64,000 nucleotides of DNA from Candidatus Latescibacterota bacterium (GCA_965222075.1 OZ244937.1:1088001-1152000), one strand, 5' to 3'; shown: positions 45,074 through 54,591, counted from the first letter of the stretch. Made by a program: numbers and translations. The notes: generated by a model from the letters alone, not told the origin.

Positions 45074-46090
45074 ATGAAGCCGCAAAACTTTCAGATGCCC
45101 AGATCCGTCCAGATCAACGAGAACAGCCTGACAGAAACCTATGGGATGTTTACGGTTCAGCCCCTCGAACGCGGATTTGGGACGACGATTGGGAACGCAT
45201 TGCGGAGGGTGTTGCTCTCTTCAATCGAGGGCGCAGCCGTCAAAGCAGTCAGGATTGAGGGGGTACAGCACGAATTTTGTGTGGTCAATGGGGTTGTGGA
45301 GGACATGACGGAGCTTGTCTTAAATCTGAAAGGGGTCTGCCTCCGATGCCACGCGGAGGAAGACAAATTCTTACGGGTGAAAAAAAAGGGCGCCGGCGAG
45401 CTGACAGCGGTGGATCTTCAGGTGGATTCCGATGTTGAGATTATAAATCCGGACCTGCATATTGCGACTCTGGATAAGGATGGCCACTTAGATATGGAGA
45501 TCACAGTGGGGAAGGGGCGGGGGTATATCCTGGCCGAGGAGCATAAGTTCTCAGAACAACCGATGGGGACGATCTCCATCGATTCGGCCTTTTCTCCGAT
45601 TCGGAAGGTCCACTACGAGGTCGACAATGCCCGCGTAGGCCAGCAGACAGACTACGATAAGCTGACGCTGGAGATCTGGACCAACGGGGTGGTCCGACCC
45701 GACGATGCGGTTTCGCATGCGGCAAATGTTTTAAATGACCATCTGGAGTTGTTTATTCATCTTGAAGAAGAAGCGGAACCAGAAGAACAAGAGGTTGTCG
45801 ATGAGGAGGCCCAGCGGATTGCCAATCTCTTAACAATGCCGGTAGAGGAGCTGGAATTATCGGTTCGTTCTGCCAACTGCTTGAAAGCCGCCAGTATTCT
45901 GACGTTGGAAGATCTGGTTCAGAAGACCGAGAATGAGATGCTTAAATTCCGGAATTTCGGCCGAAAGTCGCTGAATGAGCTAACCGCTATTTTAGAGAGG
46001 TTGAATATTCAGTTTGGGATGGACGTTTCAAAATACAAAGATATCGCCGCCAAGTCTGAGCATATGGCGGCCATTGACGAAGATTTTTAA
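45074..46090 (+). CDS. rpoA: RNA polymerase alpha subunit
   Basis: PLERGFGTTIGNALRR, ELELSVRSANCL, RNFGRKSL. Confidence 0.97.
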   Translation: MKPQNFQMPRSVQINENSLTETYGMFTVQPLERGFGTTIGNALRRVLLSSIEGAAVKAVRIEGVQHEFCVVNGVVEDMTELVLNLKGVCLRCHAEEDKFLRVKKKGAGELTAVDLQVDSDVEIINPDLHIATLDKDGHLDMEITVGKGRGYILAEEHKFSEQPMGTISIDSAFSPIRKVHYEVDNARVGQQTDYDKLTLEIWTNGVVRPDDAVSHAANVLNDHLELFIHLEEEAEPEEQEVVDEEAQRIANLLTMPVEELELSVRSANCLKAASILTLEDLVQKTENEMLKFRNFGRKSLNELTAILERLNIQFGMDVSKYKDIAAKSEHMAAIDEDF

Positions 46091-46104
46091 GCGGGGCAGG
46101 CGCT

Positions 46105-46638
46105 ATGAGGCACGGTAAGCAAGGGCGTAAGCTTGGCCGTACAGCGAGTCACAAGAAAGCGATGTTGAACAATATGGCCACATCGCTCTTCATACACGGA
46201 TCAATTCGTACAACCCATGCCAAGGCCAAGGAACTGCGCAGTGTGGCCGAGCGAATGATCACCTTTGCCAAGCGGGGAGGCCTCCATGCCCGGAGGCAGG
46301 TGTTCAGACGGATTCGCAACCCGGTGGTGGTTTCCAAACTGTTCGATGAGATCGGCCCGGCCTTTGCCGATCGAAACGGAGGATACACCCGGGTGCTCAA
46401 GCTGGGGCCGCGGGGGGGGGACAGCGTCGAGGTCTGTCTGGTCGAACTGGTGGGGGATGAGTTCCGGTCGGATTATGCGGAGCGTTTAGCAGCTCGAGGT
46501 GAGGCTGCTGCTGCGGAGACGACTGGGGAAGGAGGGGCGGCCGCAGGCGGCGATGCAGAAGAGGGTGAGGCTCCCGGGGCGGCCGATAAGCCCGGCGATA
46601 AGGCCGCCACAGGCTCTGAGGAGAACAAGAATACGTGA
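46105..46638 (+). CDS. rplQ: 50S ribosomal protein L17 with Ala/Gly/Glu-rich tail
   Basis: MRHGKQGRKLGRT, RNGGYTRV. Confidence 0.96.
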   Translation: MRHGKQGRKLGRTASHKKAMLNNMATSLFIHGSIRTTHAKAKELRSVAERMITFAKRGGLHARRQVFRRIRNPVVVSKLFDEIGPAFADRNGGYTRVLKLGPRGGDSVEVCLVELVGDEFRSDYAERLAARGEAAAAETTGEGGAAAGGDAEEGEAPGAADKPGDKAATGSEENKNT

Positions 46639-47936
46639 ATGGACTCGATCTGAGGGATTGGAAAACCAAAGGGCAATCTGACCGGAAGGTCGGCTTGCCC
46701 TCTTTTTTCAGTTGTTCGGTTCTCGCCCTGGCGGGATTCTGCCTGAGTTTGGGAGGCTTTACGCTTTCAGCGGAAACCGCGGAAGAGTTCCGTGGGATGT
46801 GGGTGGTGCGCCATGCGCTGACCTCTCCGGAGCGGATCCGGAAGGTTGTGGATACGGCCCGTCGTGCCCATTTTAATGTTCTGCTGGTTCAGGTCCGCGG
46901 CAGAGGAGATGCCTATTACCAGAGCCGGTTGGCGCCCGCGGGGGAGGATTTGCCGGTAGACGACCCGGATTTCGACCCTCTGGCTCTGGTTGTTCGCGAA
47001 GCGCATCGGGCAGGTTTGGAGGTACACGCCTGGGTGAACCTCTACCTGACCTGGAATCCAACCAAACGCCTTCCGCGTTCGCCCAGGCACGTTCTGTTGC
47101 AGCATCCCGAATGGTTTATGACCTCCGCAGATGGTGTCGACATGGGCCGTATGGATCTGGATGGGGTGGATCTGATGAGACGGGGCGTAGCAGGCCGCTA
47201 CCTTTCTCCTGGTATTCCCGAGGTTCGGGCGTATTTGACCCGGGTTGTTGAAGAGATCGTCAGGGGCTATGACATCGATGGTTTACACTTAGACTACGCG
47301 CGCTATCCCAACGTCCACTACGATTACAATTTGATCAGCCGAAAGGAATTTGTCAGGCGCTATCGGTTCGATCCGCTGAGCCTGGTGAACCGTGAAGGGG
47401 AGGATCTGAAGAGGGACGATCAACGGGAGGGGTTGAAGCGGGTGTGGGCGCGGTGGCGGACAGATCAGGTCAGCCTGCAGGTCGAAGAGATCCGGGGACT
47501 GCTTGCGCGCCTGAAACCCTGGATAAAACTCTCTGCGGCTGTGAAACCCGATTTTGTGATGGCCTACCATCAGTACGGGCAGGATTGGATCGGGTGGATG
47601 AACAAGCAGATGGTCGATTTTGTGGTGCCGATGCTCTATGTGGGCTCCACAGAAGAGATCGGGCGCCAGATCAGAGAAATTCGCAAATATGTCAAGCGGG
47701 GCCATCTGTACGCAGGAGTCGGGGTATGGAACCAGTCGCCCTTGAAGACCGTGGCGCAGGTTGAACAGGCCCGCCGTTTGGGGCTTAAAGGGGTCGCGCT
47801 TTTTTCATACGATAGCCTGATCGAGAAGCCGGAAGCGCTGGAACGGTTACGGAAAAGGTCCTTCCGTATGCCCTCCCAAATCCCTCGCATGGGGTGGAAG
47901 CAGGAGCGCCATGGGGTCAAAGCCCAAACGCGGTGA
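46635..47936 (+). CDS. Glycoside hydrolase-like GHL10 / DUF187 family protein (start uncertain)
   Basis: EFRGMWV, QVRGRGDA, DPL...GLEVHAW, YDIDGLHLDYARYP. Confidence 0.8.
   Translation: MNGLDLRDWKTKGQSDRKVGLPSFFSCSVLALAGFCLSLGGFTLSAETAEEFRGMWVVRHALTSPERIRKVVDTARRAHFNVLLVQVRGRGDAYYQSRLAPAGEDLPVDDPDFDPLALVVREAHRAGLEVHAWVNLYLTWNPTKRLPRSPRHVLLQHPEWFMTSADGVDMGRMDLDGVDLMRRGVAGRYLSPGIPEVRAYLTRVVEEIVRGYDIDGLHLDYARYPNVHYDYNLISRKEFVRRYRFDPLSLVNREGEDLKRDDQREGLKRVWARWRTDQVSLQVEEIRGLLARLKPWIKLSAAVKPDFVMAYHQYGQDWIGWMNKQMVDFVVPMLYVGSTEEIGRQIREIRKYVKRGHLYAGVGVWNQSPLKTVAQVEQARRLGLKGVALFSYDSLIEKPEALERLRKRSFRMPSQIPRMGWKQERHGVKAQTR
46668..46708 (+). terminator. Intrinsic terminator ending the alpha operon
   Basis: GGGCAA-TCTGACC-GGAA-GGTCGG-CTTGCCC followed by TCTTTTTT. 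Confidence 0.6.
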
Positions 47937-49293
47937 ACGGGTGGAACTGGAGATTGAAGCGCTGAACAGCAAGGGGCAGGGTGTTGCCCGGATGGGGGAG
48001 TACACGGTTCGTGTACGCGGTGCGCTGCCCGGAGACCGCCTGGTTGCACGCATCGGAAGGGTGCGTCACGGGCGCCGGCAGGCCGAGGCCCAAAGAGAAG
48101 AGGTTCTTCAAACGGAGGCGGACCGCATCCCTGCCCGGTGTTGCCACTTTGGGACCTGCGGAGGGTGTCTCTGGCAGGATGTGTCCTACGAAACCCAGGT
48201 CCGCCTGAAACAGGAACTGGTGGATCGGTGCTTGAAAGAGGCGGGCATCGACGTTGTTCCGGGCCCCCCTCTGTTGGCCGAGCAGCCCTTTTTTTATCGA
48301 AACAAGATGGAGTTTTCGTTTGGCATATCCCGTGAAGACCGTGAAGACAGGGTGGATCTGGGACTCCACATACCGGGGCGGTTTGACCGGATCTTCGATC
48401 TGGAGGCCTGTCACCTCCAGTCCGAACGGTCCAATCGCATTGTGGATTGGATGCGCCGGTTTGTCAGGCAGCAAAACCTGTCTGCCTATCACTTGCATCG
48501 GCACGAAGGCCTGATGCGGTTTCTAACGGTGCGGGAGGGGAAACAGACGGGCGAGACGATGGTGATCCTGACCACATCGGGGGAGGACCTGCCCGGCGCG
48601 GAAGCGCTGGGCGAGGCCCTCAGGCAGGCGTTTCCGGAGATCAAGAGTGTGGTACACAGTATTAACCGGCGAAAGGCACAGGTCGCCATCGGCGATGAGG
48701 AAATCGTGATTTCCGGGGCCCCTACGGTTCAGGAGAGGTTGGGCAACTTTGTGTTTGAAATTTCGCCGAGTTCATTTTTTCAGCCCAATACCCTGCAGGC
48801 CGAACAGCTCTACCGGCGGGTCGTCGAACTCATAGATCCTCGGCCTGAAGATCGGGCGCTGGATGTCTATTGCGGGACAGGGGGTATTTCTCTGTTTCTG
48901 TCCGAGCGGGTCGGGCAGGTTGTGGGCGTAGAGGTGGCCGAATCAGCTGTACAGGATGCAGTGCGAAACAGTGCCAACAACGGGGTTGACAACTGCCGGT
49001 TTATTTCCGGCTCGGCAGAACAGATTCTGCATCAGCTCAAGGTTCAGGGGGAGCGCTTCGATGTGGCAGTGACAGACCCCCCCAGACCCGGGATGCACCT
49101 GAAGGCATTACAGGCCCTGGCCGAGTTGAGGCCGAATCGGATTGTTTACGTGTCGTGCAACCCACAGGTGTTGGGGGTTGATCTGAAACGACTGGAGGCC
49201 GCAGGGTATCGGGCGGACTATCTCCAGCTGGTCGACATGCTGCCCCATACGCCTCACTGTGAGGTCCTGGCGCGGTTGGTGTACATGGGATAA
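47911..49293 (+). CDS. rlmD: 23S rRNA (uracil-C5)-methyltransferase, RlmD family
   Basis: TRAM domain, CCHFGTCGGC, SFFQPN, DVYCGTG, DPPR, YVSCNP. Confidence 0.9.
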   Translation: MGSKPKRGERVELEIEALNSKGQGVARMGEYTVRVRGALPGDRLVARIGRVRHGRRQAEAQREEVLQTEADRIPARCCHFGTCGGCLWQDVSYETQVRLKQELVDRCLKEAGIDVVPGPPLLAEQPFFYRNKMEFSFGISREDREDRVDLGLHIPGRFDRIFDLEACHLQSERSNRIVDWMRRFVRQQNLSAYHLHRHEGLMRFLTVREGKQTGETMVILTTSGEDLPGAEALGEALRQAFPEIKSVVHSINRRKAQVAIGDEEIVISGAPTVQERLGNFVFEISPSSFFQPNTLQAEQLYRRVVELIDPRPEDRALDVYCGTGGISLFLSERVGQVVGVEVAESAVQDAVRNSANNGVDNCRFISGSAEQILHQLKVQGERFDVAVTDPPRPGMHLKALQALAELRPNRIVYVSCNPQVLGVDLKRLEAAGYRADYLQLVDMLPHTPHCEVLARLVYMG

Positions 49294-49318
49294 GGGGCAA
49301 CCCTCCGGTCGCCCCTTA
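49291..49318. terminator. Hairpin between convergent rlmD and greA
   Basis: TAAGGGGCAACC-CTCC-GGTCGCCCCTTA. Confidence 0.5.
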
Positions 49319-49341
49319 CAATGTCCTGCCTGAATCGACGC

Positions 49342-49815
49342 TCAGTCCCGGGTGATGGCCAGGATTTCGTATTTGAGCGTACCGATGGGGACTTTGGCTT
49401 CAACCTGATCTCCGATGCCCTTCCCCAGGATGGCGCGTCCGACCAGAGATTGGGTGGAAATCTTCTTCTGTTCAAAGTCGGCCTCTTCGGTTGAAACCAG
49501 GGTATACTGGATTTCTTTCCCGGTCTTCTTGTCCTTCAGGGTGACCTTGGCGCCCAGATAAGCTTTGTCTTTGGGCATCCGGCTTTCGTCTATAATCTCG
49601 GAGTAGACAAGTTTTTCCTGAAGTTCTATAATTTTGTTTTCGATAAATTCCTGTCGCTCTTTGGCCGCATGATATTCGGCGTTTTCGCTCAAATCTCCAT
49701 ATTCTCGTGCCTCGGCAATGGCTTTGATCGCGGAAGGACGCTCTTCTGTTTGAAGGCGCTCCAGTTGACTTCTGATTTTTTCGTATCCTTTTATGGTCAG
49801 ATAGACTCTGCTCAT
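49342..49815 (-). CDS. greA: Transcription elongation factor GreA
   Basis: EAREYGDLSENAEYHAAKE; probable start MSRVYLT at 49815. Confidence 0.95.
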   Translation of the reverse strand: MSRVYLTIKGYEKIRSQLERLQTEERPSAIKAIAEAREYGDLSENAEYHAAKERQEFIENKIIELQEKLVYSEIIDESRMPKDKAYLGAKVTLKDKKTGKEIQYTLVSTEEADFEQKKISTQSLVGRAILGKGIGDQVEAKVPIGTLKYEILAITRD

Positions 49816-49860
49816 TGTGATTCTCTCGCTTCCTTTTACGGGTTTGGTTGTGTAAATTAA

Positions 49861-49905
49861 GAGTCCATACGAAAATTCTATCGGAGCGAATTTTCGTATG
49901 GACTC
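49861..49905. mobile_element. 45-bp micro-MITE with 18-bp perfect TIRs and flanking TAA direct repeats
   Basis: TAA|GAGTCCATACGAAAATTC-9 nt-GAATTTTCGTATGGACTC|TAA. Confidence 0.6.
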
Positions 49906-49920
49906 TAACGTATTAAAACT

Positions 49921-49949
49921 AAGATATTTAAAAGAAAAAGTCAAGTCAA
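49921..49949 (-). promoter_or_regulatory. Sigma70-like promoter of greA
   Basis: TTGACT-17 nt-TATCTT on the minus strand. Confidence 0.5.
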
Positions 49950-49970
49950 AAAGAAGGAGACCGGTTGTTT

Positions 49971-49999
49971 TTGACATCGGTTAAACGGGGTGGTATTAT
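49971..49999 (+). promoter_or_regulatory. Sigma70-like promoter of the DapA-family gene
   Basis: TTGACA-17 nt-TATTAT. Confidence 0.6.
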
Positions 50000-50077
50000 C
50001 TTGAGGTCCGGGCAGACGGGGGGTGTTGTGCGGACCCTGGTGTTTCCGCTATGCTGAAAGAGAGGAGGCCTGTTGAA

Positions 50078-50995
50078 ATGGATACCGGGTTCATCCACGG
50101 GATTATTCCCGCCGTGATTACCCCGATGACTGAGGATGAAGCGTTGGACGAAGGGGGGGTTGAGCGGCTGTTGGATCACCTGATCGACCAGGGTGTGCAC
50201 GGGGTCTTCACAGGGGGGACGGCCGGGGAGTCCTGGGCGCTGACGGTAGAGGAGAAGCAAAAGCTTTACAACTGGACGGTAAAGTACACAAACGGACGGG
50301 TGCCCGTTTATGTGGGGACCGCCGCCAATACCACCCGGGAGGCCATCCTGCTGGCCGAATGCGCGCAGGAGGCGGGAGCGGATTGCCTGTCGGTGTTGAC
50401 GCCTTATTTCATCACGCCGAATGAGGAGGAGACGTTCGCATACTATGGGGCAATTGCCGGGGCCGTGGATTTGCCGGTTCTGCTCTACGACCTGCCCGCT
50501 CGAACGGGCAATCGCCTTTCGGTAGACCTTGTGATGCGGCTTGCCGGGGCTTTCGAGAATATTGTGGGGATCAAAGACAGTTCCGGAGATTTCACGCAAA
50601 CGCTTGAATACCTGCGGCGAGCGCCGGAGGGGTTCCGGGTGATTATGGGGCGGGATACGCTGATTTACGCGGCCCTGGTCCACGGAGCGGCCGGGGCGAT
50701 TGCGGCCAGCGGAAACGTGGCGCCCGAGTTGGGCGTGGCGATATATGAAAGCTATGCAAGGGGAGACCTGGAGGCGGCGCTGGATTTTCAACAGCGTCTC
50801 TCGCCCTTGCGCCAGGCATTTGCCCTGGGAACACATCCGGCCATGCTCAAGGCGGGGGCAGAGCTGGTGGGGCTGCCCGGGGGGCCTCCGCGCCGGCCTG
50901 TGAACCGGCTGTCGGAGGCAGACCGCCGGAAGTTGCAGGAGGTGCTCGTCGAAATCGGCTGCCTGCGGGAGGGGGTGGTCGGCAGGATTCCCTGA
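50078..50995 (+). CDS. Dihydrodipicolinate synthase family aldolase/lyase (substrate uncertain)
   Basis: GIIPAVITP, GTAGE, TPYF, YDLPARTG, GIKDSSGD. Confidence 0.85.
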   Translation: MDTGFIHGIIPAVITPMTEDEALDEGGVERLLDHLIDQGVHGVFTGGTAGESWALTVEEKQKLYNWTVKYTNGRVPVYVGTAANTTREAILLAECAQEAGADCLSVLTPYFITPNEEETFAYYGAIAGAVDLPVLLYDLPARTGNRLSVDLVMRLAGAFENIVGIKDSSGDFTQTLEYLRRAPEGFRVIMGRDTLIYAALVHGAAGAIAASGNVAPELGVAIYESYARGDLEAALDFQQRLSPLRQAFALGTHPAMLKAGAELVGLPGGPPRRPVNRLSEADRRKLQEVLVEIGCLREGVVGRIP

Positions 50996-50996
50996 G

Positions 50997-51435
50997 CCCT
51001 GGGAACGCGGGTGCCTGCCTGCGCCGACTCGGCAGGCAGGTCTCGCCCGCATGTTGGGTTAGGGCATCCATGTTGGGTATGGTCGTACAAGGCCGTAATA
51101 TCCCTGGGAACGAGGGCATCTGCCTGTGCGTGTCCGCACGCAGACAGGTCCTGCCCTCGAAAACCTGGGAGCGCGTGCGCCTGCCTGCGCCGACTCGGCA
51201 GGCAGGTCTCGCCCGCATGTTGGGTTAGGGCATGGTCGTACAAGGCCGTAATACCCCTGGGAGCGAGGGCATCTGCCTGTGCGTGTCCGCACGCAGACAG
51301 GTCCTGCCCTCGAAAACCTGGGAGCGCGTGCGCCTGCCTGCGCCGACTCGGCAGGCAGGTCTCGCCCGCATGTTGGGTTAGGGCATGGTCGTACAAGGCC
51401 GTAATACCCCTGGGAGCGAGGGCATCCTGCCCTCG
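50997..51435 (+). repeat. Tandem array (about 2.8 x 153 bp) of alternating REP-like hairpins carrying nested 27/30-nt palindromic inserts
   Basis: Unit landmarks at 50999/51165/51318 and 51104/51257/51410; first unit has a 13-nt internal duplication. Confidence 0.9.
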
Positions 51436-51488
51436 ACAGCAAGCGGCCGGACGTAGGTTTTAAGGCAGCTTCTGAGGGAATACCAGAC

Positions 51489-51561
51489 GTACCTCGCGCA
51501 AACAGCGGCAGAATTCGGCTCTCAAACCGCTCTTCCAACCCCCGCACTCGGGGTCGCCTCA
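51489..51561 (-). pseudogene. IS256-like transposase remnant
   Basis: Minus-strand peptide VRRPRVRGLEERFESRILPLFAR resembles IS256-family transposases; fragment only. Confidence 0.55.
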
Positions 51562-51611
51562 CTTTTTTACGGACTGACTCCCAGAGAAATTGCCATTGTA
51601 GAGAAAAGATC

Positions 51612-52992
51612 ATGAGTGCTTCCAACCAGTCCAATCCACAGGACGACCGGCTAAGCAAAGTTCTGAAAATAATCCGTGAGATAGCAGAAAAATCGGCCAG
51701 CGCCGACTACATCTATCGCGGTGAACGTAAACATTATGGTAAAGTCTCCTCAAACCTCTACCGTGAATACGTGGATAAGATAGAAGCCGAACACTTTGAC
51801 ATAGAGATTGTCCAAAAAGAAATTCTCGACAAGGCGAAACAATATACACAGGGAACCGACATTGAAATCCTGGCCGAACTCCAACACTACGGCGGTAAAA
51901 CCAACCTGATAGACTTTACGACCGACTACAACATAGCGCTTTTCTTTGCCTGCGACGGCTCCTACAACAAAGACGGAAGAGTTATCTTTAAAGAAATCGA
52001 GGCGATAAGAAAACAGGTTGAGTACCCTCGAAATCCGGAAAATCGGATTATTGCCCAGAAGAGTGTATTCGTTCGACCTCCCCAGGGTTTTATTGAACCA
52101 GACGATGTAGTCGCTATTCCAAAAGATCTCAAACAGCCCATACTAACCCACTTGAGAAAGTCTCACGGCATATCTACTGAAACCATTTACAACGATCTTC
52201 ATGGATTTATCAAAAATCAGGGCATCCATCAAAGCGCCTACACGGAGTTTTTTGCAGGTTTGACATGCTCACACAAAGGAGATTATGGCAAAGCTATATG
52301 CCATTACACCAGGGCGATAGAGTTGAAATCGGATTTTGCCAAGGCCTATAACAATCGCGGTGTCGCTTACGTTAAGAAAGGCGATGTTGACCGTGCCATC
52401 GCAGACTTAAACATAGCGATAGGACTGAAACAGAATTATGCTGAGGCCTATAACAGTCGCGGTGTTGCTTACGTTGAGAAAGGCAAGGCTAAATGTGCCA
52501 TCGCAGACTATAGCAGGGTGATACAACTGAGATCGGACGATGCCAATGCCTATTACAATCGTGGTCTTGCTTGGTTATACCTGAAACTCATCTTTCGCTT
52601 ATTTTTTTAAAGCTTTTTGAAATTGCTAAATACACCACATATAGTACTATCGAATAAGGACATACTATATATAGATTCCTCGTCGAGCCCCATTAATTCA
52701 GTAGTCAACGCTCAGAGTAGCCGTGCAAACGCTCAGAAGGCAAATTCGTAGAATATGTTACCAGATATTCGCCTTGGCTGGTCAAATCTCGGATTTGCTT
52801 TCTGAAATGAGCGAAAGATCAGTGAAAGAATGGGATAAAGCGAGATCAGACCTGAGTGTTGCCAGAGACAAGGGAGCGGAAATCATCGCTCTGTTTCATG
52901 ACATCTACAAAAACGCTGCGGACTTTGAGCGGAAGAGTGGCGTGAATCTGCCGGAAGACATCGCTGCAATGCTGACACCCCTGCAGGCATGA
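51612..52992 (+). pseudogene. FRG domain + TPR repeat protein, interrupted by a MITE
   Basis: YIYRGE, LQHYGGKTNLIDFT, RIIAQKSVF (FRG) and AYNNRG-type TPRs; removing 52587-52827 restores ...YLKEWDKARSDL... (379 aa). Confidence 0.85.
52587..52822. mobile_element. 236-bp MITE with imperfect TIRs and 5-bp target duplication TGAAA (IS1634-like ends)
   Basis: Left end CTCATCTTTCGCTTATTT; right end reverse-complemented CTGATCTTTCGCTCATTT; TGAAA at 52582-52586 and 52823-52827. Confidence 0.85.
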
Positions 52993-53011
52993 ATGTTTAC
53001 ATACTGACAAA

Positions 53012-53140
53012 ACCCGTTGTATCGGCCGTTCGTCTATGTTCACGGTGGGTCTTTCTGGATTGTAAGGTTGTTGATAGAGATCCAGGATGCCTTCCATATG
53101 CGCTACGAACGCGGCGTTTTGCTTCGGTAGGATGACCTCC
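53012..53140 (-). pseudogene. IS630-like transposase remnant
   Basis: PKQNAAFVAHMEGILDLYQQPYNPERPTVNIDERPIQ matches the IS630 FVxxMExxLDLY...DE pattern. Confidence 0.7.
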
Positions 53141-53186
53141 GTATGGAGATCTAAGGAAGCACTATCCCGTACCATAGGAGGTTACC

Positions 53187-54050
53187 ATGAGGCGCGCAAT
53201 CAAAGACCTGTGTCAATTCGATGATGACCGGTTCTTCAAGGAAGTGGAGGAGGGTATCTCACGCATTCTTGAAAATGTCGAGCGCCTTGACGCTGCGGCC
53301 CATAAACTCAGCGCCGGAAACGACAACCAATCGGCACAAATCCTCGGTGGCCTAGCCAAGGAAGAGGCGGCGAAAGTATTTGTTCTCCTTGACGTCGTGC
53401 GCTGTCCTTCAGACAAACCCAAAAAAAGAGCTCGAACGCTTGGATACTTCTACAACCATCTTGCGAAGGGCATCTATGCGGCGCTGTGTAGTTGGAGTCT
53501 GGCCAACTTTGATGAAGTCATACAACAAGTAGACCAAGAACGTGAACGTTTCTACTTGGACGGTCCAAGCAATTTTGATTGGATCTTCCCAAATCAGATC
53601 ACAATCCTGCGAGAAATTATCCATTACGTCGACTACGTATGCGACGACACCGAAGAAACAGAAACCAGTCCAGGCGAGCGATATTGGCAGTCGCCGTCAG
53701 CTGTGTCAATTGTAAGATACCATACACCTAGAATCATTTGTCTGGCTAAAGCACTACATCGGATCAATGCCACTTCGGCCGGGGGATTGTCCGTTATTGC
53801 TCGGATCTGGCGGGAATTCGAGCCGAGACGGGAAACGAGTACTTATGATTTAATGAAATTGAACGCCCTTACCGTTAAGACGTTGGAGGACCAGAACCTG
53901 TTCGTCACTGACGGGCAGGAGGACCGTTCGCTGATCTGCGAACGTTGGATGTTTCCGCTCTGGCCTCTGGACCTGCGGATAAAGGACATAGAAAAAGCCG
54001 ATCTACTTCAGATCCGAGAAGACCGGTTGCGCGGGTTGGGCTACTCATAA
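53187..54050 (+). CDS. AbiV-family abortive infection protein (putative)
   Basis: N..RL...A...AKEEAAK and FYNHLAK motif layout of the AbiV/HEPN-like family; SD AGGAGG. Confidence 0.65.
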   Translation: MRRAIKDLCQFDDDRFFKEVEEGISRILENVERLDAAAHKLSAGNDNQSAQILGGLAKEEAAKVFVLLDVVRCPSDKPKKRARTLGYFYNHLAKGIYAALCSWSLANFDEVIQQVDQERERFYLDGPSNFDWIFPNQITILREIIHYVDYVCDDTEETETSPGERYWQSPSAVSIVRYHTPRIICLAKALHRINATSAGGLSVIARIWREFEPRRETSTYDLMKLNALTVKTLEDQNLFVTDGQEDRSLICERWMFPLWPLDLRIKDIEKADLLQIREDRLRGLGYS

Positions 54051-54320
54051 GGAGATCGGGATCGGCCGCTGGGAAAACCAACCGTGAGGATGAAATAAAA
54101 TGGGTGTAACTCACCCTACAAAATATTCTAACATATTGAAGAGTTTGGAGTTATATCTGAAAAACAGTATTTTCTCTTCATCAGGATGTGAAAAATACCT
54201 GTATTCTGATAACCCTCTCTGCTAAAATGCGTTATCGAGCAGATGAAATCTCCCTTTTCTCAAATCTTGGGGAATACGTTGCCTAAGAGTTCCATAAACC
54301 CTATCGTGGAGGTTGCCAGC

Positions 54321-54560
54321 ATGACTTGGGAAGATGCTATACTTGAGGCTTTAGGCAGCAGTGGAGGTAGATCTATGGACTTACCGAATATATACGCATT
54401 CGTAGAAAAGTGCCCATTTATAACAGAGCATCATCTCGAGATCGATAAGCACGGGCAAGCCCGTTACAAGCATGCGGTTCGATCAATACTGACAAATCTG
54501 AAAGAAGCCGGGATAGTAGAACAGCCCAGTAGAGGCCTGTATAGATTGGTGAAAAAGTGA
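54321..54560 (+). CDS. Small winged-helix protein (Mrr-N-like)
   Basis: MTWEDAILEAL..GG...IY...VRSILTNL...RGLYRL; SD GGAGG upstream. Confidence 0.6.
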   Translation: MTWEDAILEALGSSGGRSMDLPNIYAFVEKCPFITEHHLEIDKHGQARYKHAVRSILTNLKEAGIVEQPSRGLYRLVKK

Positions 54561-54591
54561 AACATAGATAAATTGCCGACGGAAGTGTTCC

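Noticed and set aside
49816-49977. 54-aa N-terminal extension of GreA in the ORF track
   Set aside because: It runs through the AT-rich promoter and the inverted-repeat element; GreA homology starts at 49815.
50078-50995. Calling the gene dapA
   Set aside because: GTAGE and YDLP deviate from the GTTGE/YNVP consensus and no lysine-pathway genes are adjacent; only the family is supported.
50997-51435. CRISPR array or type III toxin-antitoxin RNA repeats
   Set aside because: The intervening sequences are identical rather than unique spacers, the unit is 153 bp, and no cas or ToxN-like gene is recognisable nearby.
50788-51658. ORFs 50788-51396, 51011-51463 and 51059-51658 as repeat proteins
   Set aside because: They are open only because the GC-rich 153-bp unit is a multiple of three; they are open on both strands with no convincing RBS.
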